From NCBI GenBank assembly GCA_963666055.2, contig CAXWPH010000015.1, forward strand, positions 1,152,001 through 1,216,000: a stretch of 64,000 nt of DNA, written 5' to 3'. This document shows, in pieces, positions 40,403 to 50,111 of this stretch; position 1 is the first letter of the stretch; each line of letters starts with the position of its first letter. Below the pieces are notes generated by a model, which worked only from the letters and a program-made list of their open reading frames with translations, did no database searches and was not told the origin of the DNA. The DNA is from Acidobacteriota bacterium. Its GTDB lineage: Bacteria; Acidobacteriota; UBA890; WLXD01. Position numbers and translations under genes: made by a program.

Positions 40403-41845
40403 ATGTACATCACCAAGAAGCACATTTCCCGTCGCATGGTCCTTCGGGGGCTAGGCGCAAGCGTCAGCGTGCCTCTCCTCGACGCCATGGTCCCCGCCGG
40501 CGCGCTGCTGGCCGAAACCACGGCCGGCGGGGCATCCGGGCACACCCGCCTGGTCTGTATCGAGCAGGTGCACGGCGCGGCGGGCTGCAATGAGATCGGG
40601 GAGTCGCTCAACCTCTGGGCGCCGGCGAAGGTGGGTCGTGGCTTCGACCTGGCCCCCAGCAGCCTCAAGCCGTTGGCCCCATTCCAGGACTACCTCACGA
40701 TCGTCAGCAACACCGATGCCAGGATGGCGGATGCGTTGAATCCCGAGGAGATCGGCGGCGACCACTTTCGCTCGAGCGCTGTCTTCCTGACGCAGGCTCA
40801 TCCGAAGCTCACGGAAGGGTCGGATGTCTACGTCGGTACCTCAATGGACCAGCTCTACGTGCAGCGCTTCGGACAGGACACGCCCATTCCGTCGATGCAG
40901 CTATGCATTGAGAACGTCGACCAGGCGGGTGGGTGTGCCTACGGCTATGCCTGCGTATATACCGACACAATCTCCTGGGCGTCGCCGGCGCAGCCGTTGC
41001 CGATGGTGCGCGATCCACGCGCCGCTTTCGAGCAGATGTTCGGTGCCGGCGGCACGCCGGAGCAGCGATCCGCACGTCGCCGCGTCGACCGCAGCATCCT
41101 CGACTGGGTGATGGAGGAGATGGCTGGGCTTCGGCGTGAGATCGGCCCCGACGACCGGTACCGGCTCGATCGCTACGTCGACAGCATCCGCGAGATCGAG
41201 CAGCGGATCCAGCGCATCGAGGCACGCAACACCAGCGGCGAGCGGCGCGAGCTACCGGAGGCACCCGCCGGGGTGCCGGATTCGTTCGAAGAGCACGTCA
41301 AGCTGATGTTCGATCTGCAGGTGCTGGCGTTCTCTTCGGACATTACGCGGGTGTTCTCGTTGAAGCTGGGGCGCGACGGTTCGGGCCGGGTCTACCCGGA
41401 CAGCGGCGTGGAGAAAGGATTCCATGTGGCGTCGCACCACGGCGGCCGCGAGGACCGGGTGCTCGACTACGCCAAGATCAACGAGTATCACGTCGGCATG
41501 CTGCCCTACTTCCTGCAGAAGCTGCAGGACACCGCCGATGGCGACGGCAACCTGCTCGACAACACGCTGATCGTGTATGGGTCGCCGATGGCCGATAGCA
41601 ACCTTCACAACCACCGGCGATGCCCGCTGATTCTTCTGGGCAGGGCCAACGGCGAGCTGGACGGCGGCGTGCACGTTGCCGCCCCGCAAGGCACGCCGAT
41701 GGCGAACGTCATGCTGACCCTGTTGAACAAGCTCGGCGTGTCGGACCTGGAGAGCTTCGGCGACAGTACCGGCGCGTTTTCCTTCGCCGCCGAGGCCGCT
41801 ACGGGCGCTCCTGAAGAACACGTGCTCGAAGCGACCGATGCGTAA
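40403..41845 (+). CDS. DUF1552 (HxxSHH) protein
   Basis: Tat-like SRRMVLRG; SMDQ, HVASHH and LLDNTLI. Confidence 0.9.
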   Translation: MYITKKHISRRMVLRGLGASVSVPLLDAMVPAGALLAETTAGGASGHTRLVCIEQVHGAAGCNEIGESLNLWAPAKVGRGFDLAPSSLKPLAPFQDYLTIVSNTDARMADALNPEEIGGDHFRSSAVFLTQAHPKLTEGSDVYVGTSMDQLYVQRFGQDTPIPSMQLCIENVDQAGGCAYGYACVYTDTISWASPAQPLPMVRDPRAAFEQMFGAGGTPEQRSARRRVDRSILDWVMEEMAGLRREIGPDDRYRLDRYVDSIREIEQRIQRIEARNTSGERRELPEAPAGVPDSFEEHVKLMFDLQVLAFSSDITRVFSLKLGRDGSGRVYPDSGVEKGFHVASHHGGREDRVLDYAKINEYHVGMLPYFLQKLQDTADGDGNLLDNTLIVYGSPMADSNLHNHRRCPLILLGRANGELDGGVHVAAPQGTPMANVMLTLLNKLGVSDLESFGDSTGAFSFAAEAATGAPEEHVLEATDA

Positions 41846-43811
41846 CCGACTGCTCGTTATCGCCCTCGGTGCTCTGGCATTGCCGGCCCTCGCCGCGGCG
41901 GCAGCACTGGCCGCCGGGCCAGCGGCCGAGGCGCCGGTCGCCGACGCGGCCATGCGCGGCGATGCCGATACGGTGCGGTCGCTGCTGCGCCAAGGTGCGG
42001 ACGTGAACGCGCCGCGTGGCGATGGCATGACCGCGCTGCACTGGGCCGCGATGAACGACGACACCGAGCTTATCGGCGTGCTGGTTTACGCCGGTGCGAT
42101 GGTGGAGCCGACGACGCGTCTGGGTGGCTACACGCCGCTGCACTTGGCCAGCCGCGAAGGGCGCGCGCTGGCCGTAGCGGCATTGCTCGGGGCTGGCAGC
42201 CAACCCGAGACCCTCACTTCGACGGGCGCCAGCGCCATCCACCTCGCCGCTCAGTCGGGCAGTACCGAGGCTATTCGAGCCCTGCTCTTGCATGGGGCCG
42301 ACGTCAATGCGAGGGACGCACGTGCCGATCGTACGCCGCTCATTTTTGCTACCGCCAAGGGCCGAACCACGGCGGTCGAGACCTTGCTCGCCGCCGGCGC
42401 CGACGTCACGCTGGCCACCCGAGTCGTCGACTACCGCGAGCGTGCGGATGCGGACGCGGTGCAGCGTCGCCGCCGGCAGCGCCTCATCGAGGCGGCCAAA
42501 GAGCCTGAGGAAGAGGAAGCTGAAGAGCCCGACGCGGCTGCCGTTCCGGACGAGCCCGATACCGCGCCGCCGGCGCCAGACGTTCAGAATCCGGACGAGC
42601 CCGATACCCCGACGAGTGTCCCGAGTGCTCCCGACCCGGACGAGCCCGATCATCCGACGACGGTGCCGGAGCCAGAGGATCCGGATTTGCCGGCGGCCGC
42701 CCCACACCCGGAGCCGGCTCACCCTGAGCAACCCGACGCCGAGCAGCCGGAGGAACCCGACAAGCCGGAAGAGCCGGAGCCACCCTCGTACACCGACCTG
42801 GTGGGCGCTCAGGGCGGCATGACGGCGTTGCACTACGCGGCGCGCGATGGCCGCAGCGATGTGGTTTCTCGCCTGCTCGAGGCCGGCGCCGACGTCAATC
42901 AGACGACTGTTGGCGACGTCTCGACGCCACTGTTGGTAGCCATCATCAACGGCAATTTCGACCTCGCGATGATGCTGCTCGGTGTCGGAGCCGAACCCAA
43001 CCTGGTCAGCGAGGACGGAGTGGGGCCCCTCTTCGCGACGATCAATAGCGAATGGGCGTTGCGCACCTGGTACCCGCAGCCGACGGCCTCCAAGCAGCAG
43101 GAGACCTCATACGTTGAGCTGATGGGCGCGTTGTTGGCTGCCGGAGCCGATCCCGATGCGCGTGTCAGTACGCATGTCTGGTACGCGGCCTACAACGCCG
43201 GGCGCATGGGGGTGGACTTCGCCGGCGCAACGCCTTTCTGGCGCGCTGCGTACTCGTTGGACGTCGCCGCCATGCGCATGCTCGTGGCAGCGGGCGCGGA
43301 TCCGAACATTCGCACGAAGAAGCCGGCGGAGCGCCGTCGTCGGTTTGATGGCGCCGGCCCTCCGGGCGCACAGCAAGCGGCGGAGGAAGAGGAAGACGAG
43401 GACAAGTCGGGCCTGCCTCCGGTGCTCGTCGGCGGGCCGGCGGTCCACCCGCTGCACGCTGCCACCGGCGTGGGCTACGGAACCTCGCGGGTCGGACAGC
43501 AGCATCGCTACGTACCCGACGGCTGGATTCCGGCAGCGAAGTATCTCATCGAGGAGCTCGGGATCGACGTCAACCTCCGGGATCACGCTGGGTACTCGGC
43601 CTTGCACAACGCCGCAGCGCGCGGCGACAACGAGCTCGTCGAGTATCTGGTTTCTCAGGGGGCCGACATCATGGTCGTGAGTCGCAAGGGCCAGACGACG
43701 GTCGACATGGCCAACAGCCCGCACCAGCGAGTGCAGCCTTATCCCGACACAGTCGGGCTGCTGGAGAGCCTGGGCGCCGTCAACAACAACGACTGCAGCG
43801 CCTGCGACTGA
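41838..43811 (+). CDS. Exported ankyrin-repeat protein with Pro/Asp/Glu-rich insert and C-terminal CxxC
   Basis: Signal peptide; GMTALHWAA, GYTPLHLA and GMTALHYAA repeats; ends NNNDCSACD. Confidence 0.9.
   Translation: MRNRLLVIALGALALPALAAAAALAAGPAAEAPVADAAMRGDADTVRSLLRQGADVNAPRGDGMTALHWAAMNDDTELIGVLVYAGAMVEPTTRLGGYTPLHLASREGRALAVAALLGAGSQPETLTSTGASAIHLAAQSGSTEAIRALLLHGADVNARDARADRTPLIFATAKGRTTAVETLLAAGADVTLATRVVDYRERADADAVQRRRRQRLIEAAKEPEEEEAEEPDAAAVPDEPDTAPPAPDVQNPDEPDTPTSVPSAPDPDEPDHPTTVPEPEDPDLPAAAPHPEPAHPEQPDAEQPEEPDKPEEPEPPSYTDLVGAQGGMTALHYAARDGRSDVVSRLLEAGADVNQTTVGDVSTPLLVAIINGNFDLAMMLLGVGAEPNLVSEDGVGPLFATINSEWALRTWYPQPTASKQQETSYVELMGALLAAGADPDARVSTHVWYAAYNAGRMGVDFAGATPFWRAAYSLDVAAMRMLVAAGADPNIRTKKPAERRRRFDGAGPPGAQQAAEEEEDEDKSGLPPVLVGGPAVHPLHAATGVGYGTSRVGQQHRYVPDGWIPAAKYLIEELGIDVNLRDHAGYSALHNAAARGDNELVEYLVSQGADIMVVSRKGQTTVDMANSPHQRVQPYPDTVGLLESLGAVNNNDCSACD
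42546..42725 (+). repeat. Degenerate 45-bp tandem repeat (PDEPD-X10) inside the ankyrin gene
   Basis: CCGGACGAGCCCGAT at 42546, 42591 and 42636; a fourth degenerate unit at 42681. Confidence 0.75.
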
Positions 43812-43977
43812 GTCGAAGGATCAGCAAGACGTCGCCGCTATGCGGCACACGTGCGTGCAGTGCGCACCGGCCGACATAGCCCCGCCGCCGCAGCCTACAA
43901 TGATCTCGAGTCGCCGCCGCGGCGGATCCCGAACCGACCCGTTCGATGGCGATCGGCGACCGACTGGGAGATCCGGA

Positions 43978-44631
43978 GTGAAGTTGTTTCGTGCCATTCG
44001 AGACGATATCGATTCCATCATGGTGCGCGATCCGGCCGCCTGCTCGCGTCTCACGGTGCTGTTCGCCTACCCGGGCTTCCACGCTGTCTTGATCCACCGG
44101 CTCGCCAATCTGTTCGACCGCAATGGTCTCTGCTTCCTCGGGCGGATGGTGTCGCATCTGGGCCGCTTCCTCACCAGCATCGAGATTCACCCCGGTGCTC
44201 AGCTTGGCTGCCGTCTGTTCATTGATCACGGGGTCGGATGTGTGATCGGCGAGACCACCATCATCGGCGACGACGTGACCCTGTATCAGGGCGTCACGCT
44301 CGGAGGTGTCACGTTGGCGCCCGAGAAACGCCACCCGACCCTGGAGGACAGCGTCATCGTCGGCGCCGGCGCCAAGGTGCTGGGGCCCTTCACGGTGGGC
44401 GCCGGGGCGCGGATCGCAGCCAACGCAGTGGTGCTGAAGGAGGTCCCTCCGGGGGTGACCGTGGCGGGCGTGCCCGCCCGGGCGATGCAGAGCCGGGTGC
44501 GGGAGCCAGCCTTCCGTGCCTATGGAATGCCGGGCGCAGACGTCCCCGATCCCGTCGCTGGGGCGCTCGATACGCTCACCGGCGAGGTCAATACGCTGCG
44601 CAAGCGGCTCGACGAACTGGAGCAGAAATGA
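43978..44631 (+). CDS. cysE: Serine O-acetyltransferase
   Basis: RDPA, YPGFHA, IEIHPGA, FIDHG, YQGVTLGG and KRHPT; GTG start 43978. Confidence 0.95.
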   Translation: MKLFRAIRDDIDSIMVRDPAACSRLTVLFAYPGFHAVLIHRLANLFDRNGLCFLGRMVSHLGRFLTSIEIHPGAQLGCRLFIDHGVGCVIGETTIIGDDVTLYQGVTLGGVTLAPEKRHPTLEDSVIVGAGAKVLGPFTVGAGARIAANAVVLKEVPPGVTVAGVPARAMQSRVREPAFRAYGMPGADVPDPVAGALDTLTGEVNTLRKRLDELEQK

Positions 44632-45641
44632 GCACAAGCCACACCCCGGTCCGCGAAGGGTTCGTGGGCGCGGTTGGCAACACACCTTTGATTCGCTTGC
44701 CGGGCCCCTCACAGGCGACCGGCTGTGAGATTCTCGGCAAGGCAGAGTTCCTGAACCCCGGCGGCTCGGTCAAGGACCGCGCCGCGTTATCGATGATCCA
44801 GCAGGCCGAGCGAGACGGTACGTTGCGGCCCGGCGGTTTGATCGTCGAGGGAACTGCCGGGAACACCGGCATCGGGTTGGCGCTGGTCGCCAACGCCCGC
44901 GGGTATCGGACCCTCATCGTCATGCCGGACAATCAGAGCCAGGAGAAGAAGGACATGCTCCGGCTGTGCGGCGCCGAGGTCATGGAGGTGCCGGCGGCAC
45001 CCTACAAGGAGCCCGGCAACTACGTGCGGGTATCGGAGCGCGTCGCCGCCGAGAAGGCCGAAACAGAGGCCGACGGCGTGCTCTGGGCGAACCAGTGGGA
45101 CAACCCCGCCAACTGGGGGGCGCACTACCACACGACGGGCCCGGAGATTTGGGGCCAGACCGACGGCAAGCTCGACGCCTTCATCTGCGCGATCGGAACT
45201 GGTGGGACGATGGGCGGGGTCAGCAAGTACCTCAAGGAGATGAACCCTGACGTGACCATTGGGCTTGCCGATCCCATGGGCGCGGCGATGTACCGGTACT
45301 TCACCGACGGCGAGCTCGAGAGCGAGGGCAGCTCGATCGCCGAGGGCATTGGACAGAGTCGCATTACCGGAAACGTCGCAGAGGTCCGCATCGACGTGCC
45401 AATCCGGATCACCGATGCTGAGGCACTACCGGTGCTCTTCGACCTGTTGAAGAACGACGGTCTGTGCCTGGGTGGATCCAGTGCGATCAACGTGACCGGA
45501 GCCATGCGCCTGGCCGACAAGCTCGGCCCCGGTCATACGATCGTGACCATCCTCGGCGACAGCGGCCAGCGATACCAGAGCAAGCTCTTCAACCCCGTTT
45601 TCCTGCGCCAGAACGACCTGCCCGTACCCGACTGGCTGTAG
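44628..45641 (+). CDS. cysK: Cysteine synthase (PLP-dependent)
   Basis: GNTPL, EFLNPGGSVKDR, TAGNTG and GTGGT; ATGA overlap with cysE. Confidence 0.9.
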   Translation: MSTSHTPVREGFVGAVGNTPLIRLPGPSQATGCEILGKAEFLNPGGSVKDRAALSMIQQAERDGTLRPGGLIVEGTAGNTGIGLALVANARGYRTLIVMPDNQSQEKKDMLRLCGAEVMEVPAAPYKEPGNYVRVSERVAAEKAETEADGVLWANQWDNPANWGAHYHTTGPEIWGQTDGKLDAFICAIGTGGTMGGVSKYLKEMNPDVTIGLADPMGAAMYRYFTDGELESEGSSIAEGIGQSRITGNVAEVRIDVPIRITDAEALPVLFDLLKNDGLCLGGSSAINVTGAMRLADKLGPGHTIVTILGDSGQRYQSKLFNPVFLRQNDLPVPDWL

Positions 45642-45670
45642 CCCGCCACACTTCCACCAGGGCGTGCTAG
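45641..45670. repeat. Degenerate solo MITE end
   Basis: CCCGCCACACTTCCACCAGGGCGTGCTAG resembles the TIR CCCACCACACTTTCACCACGGCCTGCTAG; its CTAG contains the TAG stop of the minus-strand gene. Confidence 0.55.
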
Positions 45671-46506
45671 AAGGTCTGGAAAACCCCGATATTGAAGACC
45701 GGCCCGGCCGGCCAGTTTTGCCCGCTAATGCTCAGAGGTACTGACAGCTCCAGGGTGCGGCGGGGCGATAGCTCCACCATCACGCCGGGCTCCATGTACA
45801 CGATGCGTCGCTCGAGCGACCGCAAGGGCAAGCCGAAGCTGGTGGTCTCGAGGCCGTGCAGTCCCCGGACTAGGGCCTTGAGAGTAATGCGTGAGGCGAC
45901 GCCGTAGCCTGCCTCGAAGCTCCAGAGCACCTCGTTGCCATGGTGAATGCCAGTCTCCTTGTTAGCTGCTCGCCACCGGTAGCCGATCAAGGCGGTCACG
46001 TAGCCGGGACGCGGCCAGAGGGAACGAGCGATCTCCGCGGTAATCTCGAAATCGTACTGGCCCTCGCCCACCGGCACGATCTCGGCGTCGTTGACGAACT
46101 CGCCTGTCGGAAACTTGACCGTCGCACCCAGGGTGGCCACGATCGGGCCCGGTAAGACGTTGTAGCGCAGTCCCACACGCAGATCGCCGATGCCAGTGGT
46201 GTTGCGCTCGGCGGCGAAATCGTCGAACGAGATGCTGAAGAACGGCAGCTGGACGGCCGCCTCTAGCCGATCCGAGATGCCGTGCCGGAGATCGACAAAG
46301 GCCGCCAGAGTTTGGTTGTGTCCTTCGAAGAAATAGGGAATGCGGCGCCCGTCGATGAAATAGCGGTCGTTGGTAATCTGCACCATGAAGCCGGTGCGCA
46401 GCCAGGTTGTCCCGCGCGACAGCGTCCACCCGCCGGCCTGGGCGTCGTCCTGTAGACTCGGCAAAAGCAGCAAGATTGCCGCAGCGATCATTGTCGTGGC
46501 GCTCAT
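45667..46506 (-). CDS. Putative outer-membrane beta-barrel (MetA-pathway/transporter-like)
   Basis: Signal peptide ending AQA; GIGDL, KFPTG and G.GQ.D; amphipathic strands; C-terminal Phe. Start uncertain (46506 or 46572). Confidence 0.7.
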   Translation of the reverse strand: MSATTMIAAAILLLLPSLQDDAQAGGWTLSRGTTWLRTGFMVQITNDRYFIDGRRIPYFFEGHNQTLAAFVDLRHGISDRLEAAVQLPFFSISFDDFAAERNTTGIGDLRVGLRYNVLPGPIVATLGATVKFPTGEFVNDAEIVPVGEGQYDFEITAEIARSLWPRPGYVTALIGYRWRAANKETGIHHGNEVLWSFEAGYGVASRITLKALVRGLHGLETTSFGLPLRSLERRIVYMEPGVMVELSPRRTLELSVPLSISGQNWPAGPVFNIGVFQTF

Positions 46507-46732
46507 CCGCCGCCAGCGATGTCGACTTGGCTTCACGCCGTGGTGCTCGGGGTCAGGTTCTTGATTTGGCATCGATTCTGCAACGTAGCATTGACGCCTC
46601 TTCCGGCGGTGCGGGCCGCTACCTGGCCGTGTTGCAGCGCTGACAGACGGCACCAGCAGCTTATCGACAGAGGGTGAGCCCGACGTTACCTTGGTTGGAT
46701 AGGCAGCCCTACGTTTCTCCAATGGAGCCTTC

Positions 46733-47802
46733 ATGTCTCCACGACACGTCCACCTGTGGACCGTTGCCCTGCTCGCGGCCGGTGTGTTGATACCCGCGGC
46801 CGCTGGGGCAAAGTTGCAGCACTGTCTCAATTCCGAGCTACCCATTCTCTCCGGAGGGGTAGGACGGGAGGGGATCCCGGCGCTGACGAACCCGGTGCTC
46901 GCATCAGCGGCGGCGGGCGACGGCTTCATGGCCCCGACGGACATGGTGCTCGGAGTCGTTATCAACGGCACCGCGCGTGCCTATCCGCACCGCGTCCTCT
47001 GGTGGCACGAGATCATCAACGACGTGATCGACAGCGTCCCGCTCGCGGTGACGTACTGTCCGCTCACTGGAAGCGGTCTGGTGTACGACCCGGTGATCGG
47101 CGGAGAGCACGTGACCTTCGGGACCTCGGGACTGCTGCTCGAAAGCAACCTGATCATGTTCGACCGCACCACCGAGACCCTCTACGCGCAGATGAAGGTG
47201 TTGGCAATCTGTGGGCCGGATCGTGGCTTCGTGCCGTCGCTTATTCCGGTCGCTCAGTCGACCTGGGCGGCGTGGAAGGCGTTACACCCCGCCATTACTC
47301 GAAATACCCTTATGGCACCTACGATCAGATCGACGAGCCACTGTTGATATTCCCGGTGACCGTGTTTGACCAGCGCCTGCCGAGCAAGCTGCTGGTGCAC
47401 GGAATCGAACACGAGGGGAAGGCCAAGGCCTACCCTTACGACGCGCTCGCCTCGCGAGGCAGACGCGTGGCGGTGAACGACGAGGTCAACGGTCGACCAG
47501 TGCTCGTCGTGTTCGATGCGGATGGCGAGATGGTGTTGTCGTTCGATCGCCGGGTACAAGTACGGAAGAAGAACGGTAAGCTCCGCACCCGGACGCTGAC
47601 CTTCGACGTGGTCGACCCCGACGTGTTTCCGTTCCAGCTCGAGGATGTGAACACCGGCACGCGCTGGAATCTCTTCGGGGAGCCTGTGCAAGGATCACTA
47701 GTGGGCCAACTGGTGGGCGACCGATTGCCGCGGATCACCAACGCTCACACGGCGTTCTGGTTCGCCTGGGCGGCGTTCAACATCGGTACCGACATCTTCT
47801 AG
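46733..47802 (+). pseudogene. DUF3179-family protein, frameshifted
   Basis: GIPAL, RAYP..L.WHEIIND, TYCPLTGS and FGTSG.L..SNL.M.DR.T in one frame; KAYP and AFWFAW in another; the frame switch follows W..W.ALHP near 47289. Confidence 0.8.
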
Positions 47803-48007
47803 CAGGCCGTGGTGAAAGTGTGGTGGGTCTGGCGACAGGGTCTTGCGAAGTGTAGGCAAGGAGAGAGGAGGAGGCGATGGATTTGGGGCCATCTGCAGCG
47901 TTGGCTTTCCTCGACGATGGCTAGGGCATCGCCTGTGTCAGGCCGCCTTGCATCTGGCCCCAACTCGCCGTAACCAGACCCACCACACTTTCACCACGGC
48001 CTGCTAG
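47799..48007. mobile_element. MITE-like repeat, copy 2 (209 bp, internal 70-bp deletion)
   Basis: Perfect 34-bp TIR; collinear with copy 3 except for 70 bp missing after GAGGCGATGG. Confidence 0.85.
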
Positions 48008-48114
48008 CCGCGGCCACCCGGAGGGGTGGGCCGAGACGCGACGACCTCCGTTTCGTGATAAGTGAACGGCACTGTTCAAGGCTGTTCCTTGCACCGGACC
48101 CGAGGGAGCAAGCG

Positions 48115-48633
48115 ATGACCGGGGCCGATTGGCGGCGAGATATTTTCCAAGCGCTGGTGGATCTTGATGTCCGCCAGGTCGCTTTTGTCCCCGATGCCGG
48201 GCACACACGATTGATCGAAATGTGCTGCGACGACAGCCGCATCGTTACGGTGCCGTTGACCACGGAGGAGGAGGGTGTTGCGCTGCTCGCCGGCGCCTGG
48301 CTGGGCGGTCAGCGCGGTGCGCTGCTGATGCAGAGTAGCGGCGTTGGCAACTGCATCAACATGTTGACGTTGGTGAAGAGTTGCCGCTTCCCGGCATTGA
48401 TTATTGTCGCCATGCGCGGTCAGTGGGGCGAGACCAATCCGTGGCAGATGGCGATGGGCCAGGCGACCACAGAATCGCTACGTTTGATGGGCGTGGTGTC
48501 GATCGATGCCGACCGGGCCGAGGAGGTGGGAGCCGCCGTAAAGGCCGCCGGCGACATGGCGTTCAACGGAGCTGGCGGTGCCGCCGTCCTGCTGTCGCAG
48601 CGCCTGATCGGCGCCAAGGTATTCGAGGACTAG
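48115..48633 (+). CDS. TPP-dependent decarboxylase alpha subunit (sulfo-/phosphonopyruvate decarboxylase, ComD-like)
   Basis: FVPD, TEEEGV..LAGA.LGG, LMQSSGVGN and MRG..GE.NPWQ..MG. Confidence 0.85.
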   Translation: MTGADWRRDIFQALVDLDVRQVAFVPDAGHTRLIEMCCDDSRIVTVPLTTEEEGVALLAGAWLGGQRGALLMQSSGVGNCINMLTLVKSCRFPALIIVAMRGQWGETNPWQMAMGQATTESLRLMGVVSIDADRAEEVGAAVKAAGDMAFNGAGGAAVLLSQRLIGAKVFED

Positions 48634-48646
48634 CAGGCCGTGGTGG
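48630..48646. repeat. Solo MITE end fragment
   Basis: CTAGCAGGCCGTGGTG is identical to the TIR start; overlaps the TAG stop. Confidence 0.6.
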
Positions 48647-48654
48647 ATAGGCCG

Positions 48655-49260
48655 ATGGATGCCGCGCGTGCCACGACCTACCCACTGCGCCGCCGCGAGG
48701 TGGTTTCGAGCCTGCTGTTCGACCGCGGCGAGCTCTTGGTCATTGCCGGTTTGGGCGCCCCGGCGTGGGATGCCACCGCGGCTGGGGATTCGCCATTGAC
48801 CTTCCCGTTGTGGGGAGCGATGGGCGGCGCGTCGTCGATGGGTCTTGGCCTCGCTATCGCCCGGCCCGAGCGGCGAGTGCTGGTGCTGACCGGCGACGGC
48901 GAGATGCTGATGGGCATGGGGTCGCTTGCTACGGTCGCCGCCTTGGCGCCCGGCAATCTGGCGATCGCCGTGCTCGACAACGAGCGTTATGGTGAGACGG
49001 GAATGCAGCCCACCCACACTGCGGGCACAACCGACCTCGCCGCGATCGCTGCGGCCGCCGGCATACCGGTGACCGGCACGGCGCACGATGCCCAAGGGCT
49101 GAAACGGGCGCTAAGCGATCTGCGCGGTGCGGTGGGGCCGGTCTTTTACGCCATCAAGGTGCGGGCGGAAGAGCTTCCTCTAGCCCTGCCGCCGCGCGAT
49201 GGCGTGTGGTTGAAGGACCGGTTTCGAACGGCGCTGTTGGGAGACGGAGCTTCAACCTGA
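48655..49260 (+). CDS. TPP-dependent decarboxylase beta subunit (ComE-like)
   Basis: GAMG, GLGLA and the TPP-binding motif GDGE...DNERYGETG.Q. Confidence 0.85.
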   Translation: MDAARATTYPLRRREVVSSLLFDRGELLVIAGLGAPAWDATAAGDSPLTFPLWGAMGGASSMGLGLAIARPERRVLVLTGDGEMLMGMGSLATVAALAPGNLAIAVLDNERYGETGMQPTHTAGTTDLAAIAAAAGIPVTGTAHDAQGLKRALSDLRGAVGPVFYAIKVRAEELPLALPPRDGVWLKDRFRTALLGDGAST

Positions 49261-49274
49261 CGCCGATGGATCGA

Positions 49275-49553
49275 CTAGCAGGCCGTGGTGAAAGTGTGGT
49301 GGGACTGGCGACAGGGACTTGCGAAGTGGAGGCAAGGAGAGAGGAGGAGGCGATGGTTACCCCATCGTTGACGAGGAACGACGCAGGATACGCGCGCAAC
49401 CCCCTGTCGCCCGAAGGGTTACGACGATTTGGGGCCATCTGCAGCGTTGGCCTTCCTCGACGATGGCTAGAGCATCGCCTGTGTCAGGCCGCCTTGCATC
49501 TGGCCCCAACTCGCCGTAACCAGACCCACCACACTTTCACCACGGCCTGCTAG
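49275..49553. mobile_element. MITE-like repeat, copy 3 (279 bp)
   Basis: 34-bp TIR with one mismatch, CTAG ends; close reverse-complement match to copy 1. Confidence 0.85.
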
Positions 49554-49666
49554 CGCGTTCCGAGGCCTGCCGTTTCGCGTGTCAACGGATCTCGGGTGTC
49601 GCGAGTACAGGGTGGCGAGGAGTGTCCTGAAGACATTCCCAGGTACACGCGCACCGGAGAGAATCC

Positions 49667-50035
49667 ATGAAGACACTGCACAGTGCTTTGATGGCCGTGA
49701 TGTTATGCGCCGTCCTGGTGGTCGCCGCCGGGTTCATGCCGCCGCGGAGCCTCATCGCCGAGGTCCAACATGGCGAGGCCGATGACCCACAGGCTCATTT
49801 CGAGGTAGTCGCCAAGCAACTCGACTTGACCGCCGACCAACAGGAGGCCATCGCGCCGTCCTTTCACCAAGCGTTCGCGGCGATGCAGGAGCTGCAGCGA
49901 CTCCACGAGACAATCGCTGCGGAGCTTACCCACGAGCAGCAGCAAAAGCTCGCCCAGATAATCCACCATGCGTTCGGCGGCTCCATGTCACAAGAAGGGC
50001 ATGGCCGGAGGCATCACGGGCAGGGTAGCCGCTGA
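49667..50035 (+). CDS. Exported Spy/CpxP-like helical protein, His-rich
   Basis: Signal peptide; LDLTADQQ and LTHEQQ (LTxxQ) motifs; His-rich tail. Confidence 0.65.
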   Translation: MKTLHSALMAVMLCAVLVVAAGFMPPRSLIAEVQHGEADDPQAHFEVVAKQLDLTADQQEAIAPSFHQAFAAMQELQRLHETIAAELTHEQQQKLAQIIHHAFGGSMSQEGHGRRHHGQGSR

Positions 50036-50039
50036 CCGA

Positions 50040-50068
50040 CTAGCAGGCCGTGGTGGAGGTGTGGTGGG
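50040..50068. repeat. Solo MITE end fragment
   Basis: CTAGCAGGCCGTGGTGGAGGTGTGGTGGG matches the TIR with two mismatches. Confidence 0.65.
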
Positions 50069-50111
50069 CCGGGTCCCGGGGGCAGCTGACATATGCTCCC
50101 GGGAGGGAGCC

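Noticed and set aside
47799-50068. Recurrent CTAGCAGGCCGTGGTG as a CRISPR array or attC cassette array
   Set aside because: Spacing is irregular and gene-sized, the units are TIR-bounded, and there is no cas or integrase gene.
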